A stretch of 56,186 nucleotides of DNA, filler included, from an uncultured Methanosarcinales archaeon (GCA_964645415.1; 21 parts of 21 records of this genome joined end to end with filler, not necessarily neighbours in it); one strand, 5' to 3'. Numbered from the whole stretch's first letter, positions 38,347 through 48,352 are shown. Notes: generated by a model from the sequence alone, not told the origin. Program-made: numbers and translations.

Positions 38347-39081
38347 TTACTCAGTATCCATACGAGGAGCTAAAATAAAGTTTAAACTGAGTTTATCAAC
38401 AATTTTGTAACCTAATTCAATAGGATAGTTATCTGAAGTTCTAACTTCAATAGTATCAGATAATTTATTTGTAATCATTTTTTCAAGGTAATCAATTGAG
38501 TATTTAGACCTAACTGTTTCACCATCTGAATCAATTTCGATATCATCAAATTTCTCTTCTACTTTACTAAGATTATCCTTTGCTTCAAGATGTAATTTAC
38601 TATCTTCATCTATTTTAAGTAAAACAGAATCAGATACAACTTTTGCATCTGCAATCGCATCAGAAAGTCTTGAAGCTTCAGCTTCAAAAGAAGCAGAAAA
38701 TTCAAAGTCAGGTAAGTTTTTCTCTTGATCACTTAAGTCAAGTAATGGAATATAGAATTTCCTCTCAGATTTACCTTCAAATTTAATTAATAATTTATTC
38801 TCTTCAGTCATCAAAGTAACTTCATCATCTCCTCTCATTCTTTTTAGAATTTTTGTCAGATCAATTAAATTCACTCCAACATATTCTTCTTCATCATCAA
38901 CCTCAAATTCTTTGAAAGAAGAAGGAAGTATCTTTAATACAACCATAGAGATTACACCAGGATCCATAGCAACTAAATCGATCCCGTCATTTGTGATTTT
39001 AAAACGAACTTCACTAACAAGGTCTGAAATAATGTTTAACGTATTCTTAAAAAATCCTCCTGATTCTAATGTTATTTTCAT
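38347..39081 (-). CDS. pcn: PCNA sliding clamp
   Basis: AMDPGVISMV, SKYSIDYL, FILAPR; 244 aa. Confidence 0.96.
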   Translation of the reverse strand: MKITLESGGFFKNTLNIISDLVSEVRFKITNDGIDLVAMDPGVISMVVLKILPSSFKEFEVDDEEEYVGVNLIDLTKILKRMRGDDEVTLMTEENKLLIKFEGKSERKFYIPLLDLSDQEKNLPDFEFSASFEAEASRLSDAIADAKVVSDSVLLKIDEDSKLHLEAKDNLSKVEEKFDDIEIDSDGETVRSKYSIDYLEKMITNKLSDTIEVRTSDNYPIELGYKIVDKLSLNFILAPRMDTE

Positions 39082-39177
39082 TTAATACACCCCAATATCT
39101 ATATAAAAGATTAACTTATTATATTTAAATCTTCCCTAAAAAGAGAGGTAAAAATTATCAAAATTAGGACTTTACTA

Positions 39178-39240
39178 AGTTCCTATAATATTCTATTTCT
39201 TTTTATTTCATTTTTAAAGTTACTTTTACTTAGATGATTT
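39178..39240 (-). repeat. Dispersed repeat family A copy at a contig end
   Basis: Near-identical to 18369-18428 (ataatattctatttctttttatttcatt...aagttactttt.cttag.tgattt). Confidence 0.85.
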
Positions 39241-39408
39241 NNNNNNNNNNNNNNNNNNNNNNNNNNNNNNNNNNNNNNNNNNNNTTAATTAATTAANNNN
39301 NNNNNNNNNNNNNNNNNNNNNNNNNNNNNNNNNNNNNNNNCTCTTAGAGGTCGAATAATTCAACAACTAAAAATTAACTTTATCATATTTAAATATTACT
39401 TAAAAAAC

Positions 39409-39476
39409 TCAGTGAACCTCCATCTTTAATTAAGTTTATTTATAAATGGTCTTTTCAAAAATCAGAGGTTCGCTGA
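39409..39476. repeat. 12-bp imperfect inverted repeat with a 44-nt spacer
   Basis: TCAGTGAACCTC (39409-39420) / GAGGTTCGCTGA (39465-39476). Confidence 0.65.
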
Positions 39477-39554
39477 AAAATAGAACTTCTGTTAGGTAGT
39501 ATAACTAATAATTAGTATAAAATATAATATATTAGGAAAAATGTTAAATTTAAA

Positions 39555-40784
39555 ATGGAAATTTTTGATAAATCTAAACAACTATTTGAAAAAATAAAAA
39601 GTATTGGTTTTTTTGAAAGATTATTTTCTTGGAATAAAATTACTTCTTTAATTATTGAGTCATATAATGAATTTAAGTCAGCTGAATTAAGATTAGTTTC
39701 TTTAAAAGAAGAAATAGATGAACTCAAAAGAGAAAATAGTAATTTTGAAGTAGAAATTAAAAATAAAGAAGAATCAATTAAAGATTTAAAAAATGAAAAA
39801 AAAGAACTTCAATTAAACTTGGATAATCTTAATGAAGAAAAACAAAACTTATCTAATAAAATTGCAGCATATAATGAATCTAAAAAGAAAAATAATGAGG
39901 ATTATGAAAAGAAGGTAAAAGAATTGAATGTTGCTATTGAAGACTTAAAATCACAAAGAAATAAAATTCAAAAAGAAAGAGAAGAACAAATTAAAAAGAA
40001 TTTTGAGGAAATGAAAAAAACATGGAAAAAACATGAGATTCATGTTGAGAATACTATGAAAAGGATATGTAAATCAAATATTATTGAATATGTTGATAAA
40101 TTCCCTCATAAAGGTAATCCGGATAATATAATTAAAATTGCTGACGAGATGATAATTTTCGATGCAAAATCACCAAGTAATGATGACTTAGATAATTTTC
40201 CTAAATATTTAAAATCACAGACTAAAAGACTAAAAAAGTATTCTAAATATAAAAATGTGAAGAATGATTTATTTTTAGTAATCCCTTCAAATACTTTAGA
40301 AAAAGTTCAAGAAACTTTACCGGAATTAGTTTTTGACTTCTCAGAATATAAGGTATTTATTATTTCTCTTGATAGTATAGAGCCAATTATATTAAGTCTT
40401 AAAAAAATAGAAGAATATGAATTTGCAGAAGAGTTATCTCCAGAAGATAGGGAAAATGTCTGTAGAATTTTAGGTCGATTTGCTCATACTACAAAAAGAC
40501 GTATTCAAATTGATCAATGGTTTTCTTCAGAATTTATAGATATTTTATCTAAAACACAAATATTACCTGAAGATATTTTAGAAAGAAGTATTGAATTAGA
40601 AAAAAGAACTGTTTTAAATCCTAAACAAGATAGAAGGTCAAAAAAAATATCTGAGAAAGTAGTAAAAAGAAATAATAAACAATTAAAGTTTGATGCTGAA
40701 TCTAGAAATATAAATACTGATAAAGATTTAAATAAAATTAGAGAAATTCCTCTCAATAATGAAGTAAAAAAGAAGGAAAAGTAA
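39555..40784 (+). CDS. Coiled-coil protein with PD-(D/E)xK nuclease domain (RmuC-like)
   Basis: Long heptad N-half, then E...PDNII...IFDAKSP and FLVIPS. Confidence 0.7.
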   Translation: MEIFDKSKQLFEKIKSIGFFERLFSWNKITSLIIESYNEFKSAELRLVSLKEEIDELKRENSNFEVEIKNKEESIKDLKNEKKELQLNLDNLNEEKQNLSNKIAAYNESKKKNNEDYEKKVKELNVAIEDLKSQRNKIQKEREEQIKKNFEEMKKTWKKHEIHVENTMKRICKSNIIEYVDKFPHKGNPDNIIKIADEMIIFDAKSPSNDDLDNFPKYLKSQTKRLKKYSKYKNVKNDLFLVIPSNTLEKVQETLPELVFDFSEYKVFIISLDSIEPIILSLKKIEEYEFAEELSPEDRENVCRILGRFAHTTKRRIQIDQWFSSEFIDILSKTQILPEDILERSIELEKRTVLNPKQDRRSKKISEKVVKRNNKQLKFDAESRNINTDKDLNKIREIPLNNEVKKKEK

Positions 40785-40837
40785 GAATCTTTTTGATTTA
40801 TTATTATTATTATTATTATTAATAATTTAGAATTATT

Positions 40838-41161
40838 AAGCTTTGTTATATCTTATTACTAAAAATATATGGCAAGTTTGTTAAAGAGTGGATATTAAAA
40901 CTAAAAGATATTAAATTGTCTGAGTATGTTTTTAAAGATTATAAGGATAATAATTTAGGTAGTTTTGAAAATAATTTAAGTAATTTAGATAAATCTTATG
41001 ATTTTAATATTTCAATTAAATAAAATAAAATAGTCTTTGAATCTAGTAAAGAAATAATTTTTAAATTTCGTAATCATGGTATAGTTTAATTTCTTTTATC
41101 TAATGTTAATAATAGAAGTGATTTAATAGATCAATTAGTTTATGAAAAGTTAAATTCTTAG
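40838..41161 (+). pseudogene. Possible decayed gene remnant
   Basis: One frame reads KIYGKFVKEWILKLKDIKLSEY...ISIK*NKIVFESSKE...GIV*FLLS...VYEKLNS* with two internal stops and no start. Confidence 0.25.
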
Positions 41162-41189
41162 TTTTTTCACAGTTTATATTTGTAATCTT

Positions 41190-41258
41190 TTTCGTTTATA
41201 GTATTCGTTTAGTGTAAGTATGTCTTCGTTTATTGTTTCAGAGTGTGTATTCGCTTTT
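41190..41258 (+). repeat. Dispersed repeat family B
   Basis: TTCGTTTATAGTATTCGTTTAGTGTAAGTATGTCTTCGTTTATTGTTTCAGAGTGTGTATTCGC. Confidence 0.8.
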
Positions 41259-41465
41259 CATCTAATTCAAAATGTCAAATATTTTCTTTGAAAATATTCT
41301 CTTAAATAATAAAAAAAGTAATGAAGTTTCTAAAATATGTGAGGACTGTTAAGTAGATATAATTTNNNNNNNNNNNNNNNNNNNNNNNNNNNNNNNNNNN
41401 NNNNNNNNNTTAATTAATTAANNNNNNNNNNNNNNNNNNNNNNNNNNNNNNNNNNNNNNNNNNNN

Positions 41466-41790
41466 GATAATCTTTAGTAATATCATTAAATGTAGATAAT
41501 CTTAAAACATCATCACTTAGAATAGCTTTCTTATCTTTTTCAACATAAAAAGAATTACCTAAATTGTTTTCATTTAAACTAATTAATTTACATAATCCTA
41601 TATCTTCTTTATCACGAAGTTTAGAAGGCAAATATTTAACATTCTCATATTCAATTGTATTATTCTTAATATCTTTACCTTGAATATAAGGAACAGAATC
41701 ATTATTTGCTTCTGTGAATTTATTAGAATCAAATGAATTACCTATATCTGTTGCATTAAATAAAGTATTATTGAATTCCCATTCATCCAT
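41466..41790 (-). CDS. Type I restriction specificity subunit (HsdS TRD)-like protein, truncated
   Basis: W ... G ... VPYIQGKDIKNNTI..ENVKYL ... LGNS ... AILSDDVLRL ... DY pattern of HsdS target-recognition domains. Confidence 0.55.
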
Positions 41791-42002
41791 ATTAGTATTA
41801 AACTTAGAGTTTTGATATAAAAAGTTAACCCGAAGATTCTTTTATAATTCATAAAATACGATTTAAATAAATTTTTTATAATATTTTTACATTGTCCTTA
41901 TAATGTTAATTGAAAAAGAAGATCTACATGAGGTTAGTCTCTTAGGAAAGTTAGTAGAGTCTATAAAAGAAGTTGATGTCACATTGAAATCAATTAGAGA
42001 TT

Positions 42003-42212
42003 GTGAAAAAGAATGCAATGAAGATAGTTAATAAATTAAATTTAAATGAAGAAGACATTTTATATATTGGAGATTCCTTTCAAGTGGATATTAAACCATT
42101 TTATAATCTTGGTATGCGATGTGCTTCATTTTATGCATACTCAACACAATTTATCGAAAATGAATGGTTATATGATTTAATTCAATATTATAATCAAAAT
42201 GCAAAGGAATAA
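42003..42212 (+). pseudogene. HAD-hydrolase C-terminal fragment
   Basis: ILYIGDSFQVDI (HAD motif IV) without an in-frame DxD motif I; an out-of-frame 42-codon ORF starts at 41903. Confidence 0.45.
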
Positions 42213-42810
42213 AGTTTATTTTTTTAAGGATAAAATAATAAAAGTATATTCATCCAAACAAAACCTAAAAAATGAATTAAAATTTAACGAAAAATTTTCT
42301 AAATACTTCAAAGTTCCAGAAATTTATCAAATTAATGAAAATAGTATTGAAATGGAAAGACTTGAAAATAAATTATTAAAAGATGAGATTAATAAAAAAA
42401 GAGATTTTGGAGTTATTAAATACTTTATTGAAAAATTAGATTATATAAATAATGAAGATAAATCTATTGCTCATGGTGATCTTAGACTACCTCATGTTTT
42501 TATTTCTAAAGAAAAAGATTTTGCTTTAATCGATTTTGAATATTCTAACTATGGTGACATAAATTTCGATTTAGCTTACTTTTACTTTTCATTACTAAAA
42601 AATAAATTTAAAAAAGAATCAGAAAGACTAAAAGATATTATAATGAAAGATTATGATTATATTAAATTCTTAAAAAGTGCTAATTGTTATTGTGAAAATA
42701 TGAAAAACAATAGCTTTGTTAGAGATAAAAAGATTTGGGATGATAATATAAGAGAAATAAATAATGATTTAAAAGAGTTTTATAGTTTGAATAGTAATAT
42801 TTTTAAATAG
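42199..42810 (+). CDS. APH/choline-kinase-like phosphotransferase
   Basis: KVPEIY, IEMERL, HGDLRLPH, IDFEY, GDINFDLA. Confidence 0.85.
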   Translation: MQRNKVYFFKDKIIKVYSSKQNLKNELKFNEKFSKYFKVPEIYQINENSIEMERLENKLLKDEINKKRDFGVIKYFIEKLDYINNEDKSIAHGDLRLPHVFISKEKDFALIDFEYSNYGDINFDLAYFYFSLLKNKFKKESERLKDIIMKDYDYIKFLKSANCYCENMKNNSFVRDKKIWDDNIREINNDLKEFYSLNSNIFK

Positions 42811-42828
42811 TTGTAACTTTACAGTGAC

Positions 42829-43483
42829 ATGAATTCTCTTGATATATTTGGACATCATATGCATGGTGAAACTTCTTCATATGGTATCCTAAAAGATGAA
42901 AAGAATTATAAAAATATTAATAACTATCTTGAGACTTTAAAAAAAGAAGATAGACCAATACAAGGTATTAATCATGTTATTGATTATGTAAAATTAAGAG
43001 AAGCTGTTCCAAAAGAATTTAATTTAATTTTTAATGATACTCCTCATCTATGTAAAGAAAGAAAACTAAATGATATAATTTATAATGATATTAAAAAGAA
43101 AGGTGGATTTTATAGAGAATTTCCTAAACATATTTATTTTGAGATTGATGGTAAAAAAGCAGTTGTAATTAATTCAAGTGAAGTTACTGTGAAAAATAAA
43201 GATAAAGGTTTTTCAGAGTTTACAGTAACTGGTCTAAAGCAAGGATATCAAGATTATAATTCAATCACATTAGATGAACTTATTGATCTTTCTAAGGAAG
43301 CAGAGATTACTTCTCCATCACATCCTTATATGCCACTTCTTTCTACTGAAGAAGAGACATTATATGATTTTTTAGATAACGTAAAAAAGGAAGAAGATAT
43401 AAATGGTGCTTTAAATTATTCAACAGGATATTTTTCTTTACTTAATAAAATTAGTAGAGGTGACTTTCATGCTAAATTAGGTT
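42829..43483 (+). CDS. Hypothetical protein, possibly PHP-like metal-binding; truncated
   Basis: HHMH near the N-terminus, NH, SSEVT, PSHPY. Confidence 0.55.
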
Positions 43484-43587
43484 NNNNNNNNNNNNNNNNN
43501 NNNNNNNNNNNNNNNNNNNNNNNNNNNTTAATTAATTAANNNNNNNNNNNNNNNNNNNNNNNNNNNNNNNNNNNNNNNNNNNNTAGA

Positions 43588-43926
43588 ATGTATCAAACAA
43601 TAGATACATACACACGCGGAACAACTGCACTATATAGTTTCGATCCACCAAAACCCTTTAATCCAATTGGTTCTATGGGAAGTGGATTTCAAACAGGATC
43701 ACAAGGTAATATCAGAAAACCATTATATGACAATGAAGATATTAAAATTCAAGAAAGGTTTGATTTTAGTGGACATAACGATAGTGAACCACACTATAAT
43801 TTAGATTATGGAAAATTAACAAAAAGTCTTTTAGATACAATTAATAATAGTAACAAATTTTCCGTAGATGAAAAAAAAGACTTGTTGAGTGATTTACATT
43901 ATAAAAATCTTTTTGATAAAGATTAA
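43588..43926 (+). CDS. Hypothetical protein with GH....PHYN motif
   Basis: 112-aa ORF; low-complexity N-half then IKIQERFDFSGHNDSEPHYNLD. Confidence 0.6.
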   Translation: MYQTIDTYTRGTTALYSFDPPKPFNPIGSMGSGFQTGSQGNIRKPLYDNEDIKIQERFDFSGHNDSEPHYNLDYGKLTKSLLDTINNSNKFSVDEKKDLLSDLHYKNLFDKD

Positions 43927-43958
43927 TTTTTTATTTTTTTATAGAAAGGGCAATAAAA

Positions 43959-44501
43959 ATGGAAACTCTAAAAAATAATACAACAAAAAAAATTGAATTA
44001 TTAATTAAAGAATTTGAAGATAAAACTATTAATTTTGAATCGAATTTATTAAATGAATTGAGAAGTTTTGCAAAAGAGGAATATTTTCTACCTTTTTTAG
44101 AAGATTTTGTTAAACAAACCTGTTTATCTAAAAAAATAATTAATTCTAAATACATTTTACAATTACTCATTAAAGAAGAAACTAGACTATTCTATAGAGA
44201 TTCTTTAGGAATTTGTGGGAATTCATATTCTTTTGAAGAAAAAGAGATTATAATGCTGAATGAGAAATATGATTTATTTATAATAAAAGGAGTTATAGTA
44301 AATCTTATTGAAAATTTAAACCTTACAGAAACATTAAGTTATATTAAAAATGAACTTATTAAAAAATATCCTAAAGGAAGTCCTGATGGAGAAATAATTA
44401 AAATATTTAATTTAGTATCTGCAAAAAAAATATTAGAATTAATTGAAAATGATTTTAAGAAAAAAAATATGGAAAAACTTTTTTTAATTTATAATGAATA
44501 A
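43959..44501 (+). CDS. Hypothetical helical protein
   Basis: 180-aa ORF between co-oriented genes. Confidence 0.65.
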   Translation: METLKNNTTKKIELLIKEFEDKTINFESNLLNELRSFAKEEYFLPFLEDFVKQTCLSKKIINSKYILQLLIKEETRLFYRDSLGICGNSYSFEEKEIIMLNEKYDLFIIKGVIVNLIENLNLTETLSYIKNELIKKYPKGSPDGEIIKIFNLVSAKKILELIENDFKKKNMEKLFLIYNE

Positions 44502-44503
44502 AA

Positions 44504-45510
44504 ATGACATCTCTTGATTCACTGTTGCAAGATGCTTCTTCGTTTATTACTTCTGAATTTGGTTTTGATATTGAACAATCGAAACTGAAACCTTATTCTT
44601 TTGAAAATTGGCAAGACTTTTGTCAAGTTAATGATTTTGATAGTAATAGTTCTGGAATTTATGTTCCAGCATCCCATTCTGCTTATGTTAGAGTTGATAG
44701 TCCTTTTTTAACTTCTAATATTTTTCATGAATTGTATGGACATGGTTTATTTGTTGAACACTCGCAGATTGGGAAAAGATTAACTGAAATAATCCAAAAT
44801 CATGGTGATGAAAAAAGTTTTATGTTTGATGAGATCAACCATGAAGAACAAGCCTTTGGTATTGCTAAACACAATATTCATAATTATGAGGGGTTTGCTG
44901 TTTGGCTTGAAGCTTTGCTTTGCAAAGAAACTAATAATTCTAAAGTTTGGAATGCTAAAAAAGATGGTTTAAGAGAAGATTATGCTCAATTATTTGAATT
45001 TTTTGAAGATGTTGAAAGTAAGCTTTCTCGTTTTGGTTTAATTTCTCAGATGGGTTTTCCTAAACATTATGATGATGATAAAGTTTTAGATGTTGTAAAA
45101 AAATCATATGGTTCTCATTTTAATAATGTTGATTTTGTTGTTCTTTATGGTTCTCAAAAACCTGAAAGTGATATTGATTTATGTATTGTTTCAAGTAATC
45201 TTTCAAATCAATATTTTAATGGTTGGCTTGACATTGCAGAGTTAGACAGAGAAGATTTTCAAAATCGAATGAATAATTTAGATATTGCTCTTACTGATGC
45301 AATGTTTACAGGAAGATTAATATTTGGAGATGAAAATACTTTTCATCAATATAAACAAACTATTTTAGAAAAACCAATTTCACAAGAAATGACTAAATAT
45401 AATAAACGAAAATCGAACTTGCAAAAAGAATATTTATCTAGTTATCAAGATGATGATAGAATGAAAAAATTGTGTTTATCTTATATTGATAGTTTTTCTC
45501 AAAATGCTGA
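44504..45510 (+). CDS. Zincin-like domain fused to a Pol-beta-type nucleotidyltransferase; truncated
   Basis: FHELYGHG + YEGFAVWLE in the N-half; VVLYGS..(P)ESDIDLCIV and LDI in the C-half. Confidence 0.75.
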
Positions 45511-45610
45511 NNNNNNNNNNNNNNNNNNNNNNNNNNNNNNNNNNNNNNNNNNNNTTAATTAATTAANNNNNNNNNNNNNNNNNNNNNNNNNNNNNNNNNN
45601 NNNNNNNNNN

Positions 45611-46129
45611 TTAGTTGCTGCAATTGCTGCAGGTGTTTTAGTAACAACTGCATCTAGTTTACAGAATAGAGCACTACTTACTGGTTCTCGTTCTCAAGCG
45701 CAAGTAAGTACACGTGTTTTACCACTTTCTTTATATGGTGAAGATGGAACTGATGGTTCTATTGATTATTTATATATGGATTTACAATTAGCTCCTGGTT
45801 CTGATCAAATTCAATTTGATGAAACTTTAATTACAAATAATCTTAATAATGAATCTGCTTCATTTTCTTTTGGAGAAACAGTTGATGAATGTAATTCTGA
45901 TTCAATTGTTGAAGAAGATCAATTTTATTTAGAGTATTTAATTGGTGGAGAAAATGAAGGTTATTTAGAGAGAGGAGATGTAGTAAGAGTTTGTTTTGAT
46001 TCTCCAAGAGAAATTGGTGAAGATGAGGAAGTTAATATTAGATTAGTTTTAGAAGTAGGTAATCCAACAGATCTTGATGTTGTAACTCCTCAAACAATGA
46101 ATAATGAAAAAATCTTTATGTATCCATAA
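45611..46129 (+). CDS. flaB: Archaellin (archaeal flagellin), 5' end cut off
   Basis: The frame of 45776 extends to the contig start: LVAAIAAGVLVTTASSLQNRALLTG....QVST; LAPGSDQI; LERGD. Confidence 0.9.
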   Translation, partial: LVAAIAAGVLVTTASSLQNRALLTGSRSQAQVSTRVLPLSLYGEDGTDGSIDYLYMDLQLAPGSDQIQFDETLITNNLNNESASFSFGETVDECNSDSIVEEDQFYLEYLIGGENEGYLERGDVVRVCFDSPREIGEDEEVNIRLVLEVGNPTDLDVVTPQTMNNEKIFMYP

Positions 46130-46225
46130 AGATTTTATTTTCTTTTTTCTTTATATTTCTATTATCTCTTTATCACTAATTAATAGTTGAAAACATTAAA
46201 ATTAACTTATTCTAAATAATTTATT

Positions 46226-47440
46226 ATGGGAAATAAAGGACTTATTGTAATTATGGATGGATTGGGAGATTATCATTATAATGAATTTAATGGATTAACT
46301 CCATTAGAAGCTGCTGAAACACCAAATTTAGATAGTTTATCTGAATCAGGTGAAACCGGATTTCATATAACTATTGCTCCAGGTATAATCCCTGGAAGTG
46401 ATACTGCTCATCTTTCTATTTTTGGATATGATCCAAATAAATTTTATCAAGGGAGAGGTGTTTATGAAGCACTTGGATCAGGTTTTGATTTAAAACATGG
46501 TGATGTTGCATTTAGAGCAAATTTAGGCTATGTTAAGGATGGTAAGGTTATTGATAGAAGATCTGGGAGAGAACCTTATCTAATGGATAAAATATATGAT
46601 CTTTTTAATGATATTGAAATTGATGGTGTTAAAATATATTCTGAACATACTACAGAACATAGAGGAATAATTGTTTTAAGAGGAGAAGATTTATCAATGA
46701 GAATAACTGATGTAGACCCTCATGAAGTTGATGTTCCTTATAATGAATCAAAACCAGAAGTTTCAATTGATAGTGCCAATAAAACTGCAAAAATAGTTAA
46801 TAAATTTATTGAAAGATCTCATAAAATTCTTAAGGGAAGTAAACTTAATGAAATAAGAAAAGAAAAAGGATTATTACCTGCAAATTTTTTACTTTTACGA
46901 GGAGCAGGAAATTTTACCCCTGTTAATTCAATTAATAAAAAATTTGGAATAAGTATGGCTTGTATTGCAGGTGGTGCATTATATAAAGGAGTTTCTGAGT
47001 TTGTTGGAATGGATGTTTATGATGTTCCTGGTGCAACAGGAGATGCAAACACTGATTTAGAATCTAAGAGAGAATATGCAATTAATGCTTCTGAAGAGCA
47101 TGATATTGTGTTTTTACATATTAAAGCTACAGATTCTTATAGTCATGATGGAGATTTTACTGGAAAAAAAGAGTTCATTGAAAAAGTAGATCAAAAAGTT
47201 TTTAATGAAATTGCAGATCATTTTGATACAATCTTAGTAACAGGTGATCATTCAACTCCTTGTTCGATGGGTGAGCATTCTGCTGATAAAGTACCATTAT
47301 TTATTTCCGGAAAAAATGTAAGATCAGACTTTGGAACATTTAGTGAAGTTAATAAAAACCCAACATTATACATTAAATCTATTGATATAATGTCATGTTT
47401 ATTGAATAAATTAGAAAAATCTGAGATGTTTGGTGAGTAA
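46226..47440 (+). CDS. apgM: 2,3-bisphosphoglycerate-independent phosphoglycerate mutase (archaeal type)
   Basis: DGLGD, TPLEAA, PGSDTAHLSIFGY, HIKATD..SHDG, TGDHSTP, HSADKVP. Confidence 0.96.
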   Translation: MGNKGLIVIMDGLGDYHYNEFNGLTPLEAAETPNLDSLSESGETGFHITIAPGIIPGSDTAHLSIFGYDPNKFYQGRGVYEALGSGFDLKHGDVAFRANLGYVKDGKVIDRRSGREPYLMDKIYDLFNDIEIDGVKIYSEHTTEHRGIIVLRGEDLSMRITDVDPHEVDVPYNESKPEVSIDSANKTAKIVNKFIERSHKILKGSKLNEIRKEKGLLPANFLLLRGAGNFTPVNSINKKFGISMACIAGGALYKGVSEFVGMDVYDVPGATGDANTDLESKREYAINASEEHDIVFLHIKATDSYSHDGDFTGKKEFIEKVDQKVFNEIADHFDTILVTGDHSTPCSMGEHSADKVPLFISGKNVRSDFGTFSEVNKNPTLYIKSIDIMSCLLNKLEKSEMFGE

Positions 47441-47442
47441 AT

Positions 47443-47508
47443 ATTCTATAGAATGGCACAGTAGTTCCTATAAGATTTTATTTATTTTTGTTTTTGTTTT
47501 TATAAACT
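47443..47508 (-). repeat. Dispersed repeat family A copy directly after the apgM stop
   Basis: Reverse complement AGTTTATAAAAACAAAAACAAAAATAAATAAAATCTTATAGGAACTACTGTGCCATTCTATAGAAT, matching 26110-26174. Confidence 0.88.
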
Positions 47509-47611
47509 NNNNNNNNNNNNNNNNNNNNNNNNNNNNNNNNNNNNNNNNNNNNTTAATTAATTAANNNNNNNNNNNNNNNNNNNNNNNNNNNNNNNNNNNN
47601 NNNNNNNNAAG

Positions 47612-47684
47612 TAGCCCCACCCAGACTCGAACTGGGGTCTCAGGCTCCAAAGGCCTGAATGATTGGCCGCTACACTATGGGGCT
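47612..47684 (-). tRNA. tRNA-Gln (anticodon TTG), no intron, CCA not encoded
   Basis: Acceptor AGCCCCA/TGGGGCT, anticodon arm CAGGC-CTTTGGA-GCCTG, T-loop TTCGAGT. Confidence 0.96.
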
Positions 47685-47793
47685 ATAACATTCTAAGAGA
47701 AAAATATTTTATTTATAAATCTTTTTATTGTTCTATTATATGTAGTAAATAATAGAAAAGTATATAAATGTGTATACTGGAATATTAAATACA

Positions 47794-48339
47794 ATGAAAA
47801 CCCACTCATTTCAAAAGCAATTCAAGAACTTGGGCATAGATAAAAAGAGAGTACTGGGTGCTGATAAGCAAAAAAGTACTACTGTTACTAAAAAGAAATC
47901 TTCATCTTCTGATAAAAATAGGAAAAAAATTAATGTTTCCCCTTCAAGAAATCAGAATAATGATGCTTTAATTAATAAGATGTTTAATACTCTTATTGAT
48001 TTTAAGAGAAATATGAAACAAGAGTATCTTGATCTAAAAGAAGAAAATAAATCCTTAAGAAATGAATTAAATATAGTTAAAAAAGAATTGTCTTCTTTGA
48101 AAAGTAAAGGTGCTGTTACTAGGGATGTTGGAACTAATAATACAAAAAATAATCCTCAAAAAACTAAAGAGATAAAAAAAGAAAAATCTGTTGATGAAGA
48201 AAAAAATAATAAAAATTTATCAAATAATTTAAAATCTAAGAAAAAGAAGAAAACTAAAAAAAATAGTAATTCTAATTCAAGAAGTGATTATAGTGATGAT
48301 GAGATATCAATAGAAAGTCATTTTAATTTTAGTAAATAG
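47794..48339 (+). CDS. Hypothetical basic coiled-coil protein with conserved-looking C-terminal peptide
   Basis: Central heptads, Lys-rich linkers, terminal DYSDDEISIESHFNF; ATG 47794 preferred over GTG 47770. Confidence 0.7.
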   Translation: MKTHSFQKQFKNLGIDKKRVLGADKQKSTTVTKKKSSSSDKNRKKINVSPSRNQNNDALINKMFNTLIDFKRNMKQEYLDLKEENKSLRNELNIVKKELSSLKSKGAVTRDVGTNNTKNNPQKTKEIKKEKSVDEEKNNKNLSNNLKSKKKKKTKKNSNSNSRSDYSDDEISIESHFNFSK

Positions 48340-48352
48340 TAACTTTAAAAGT

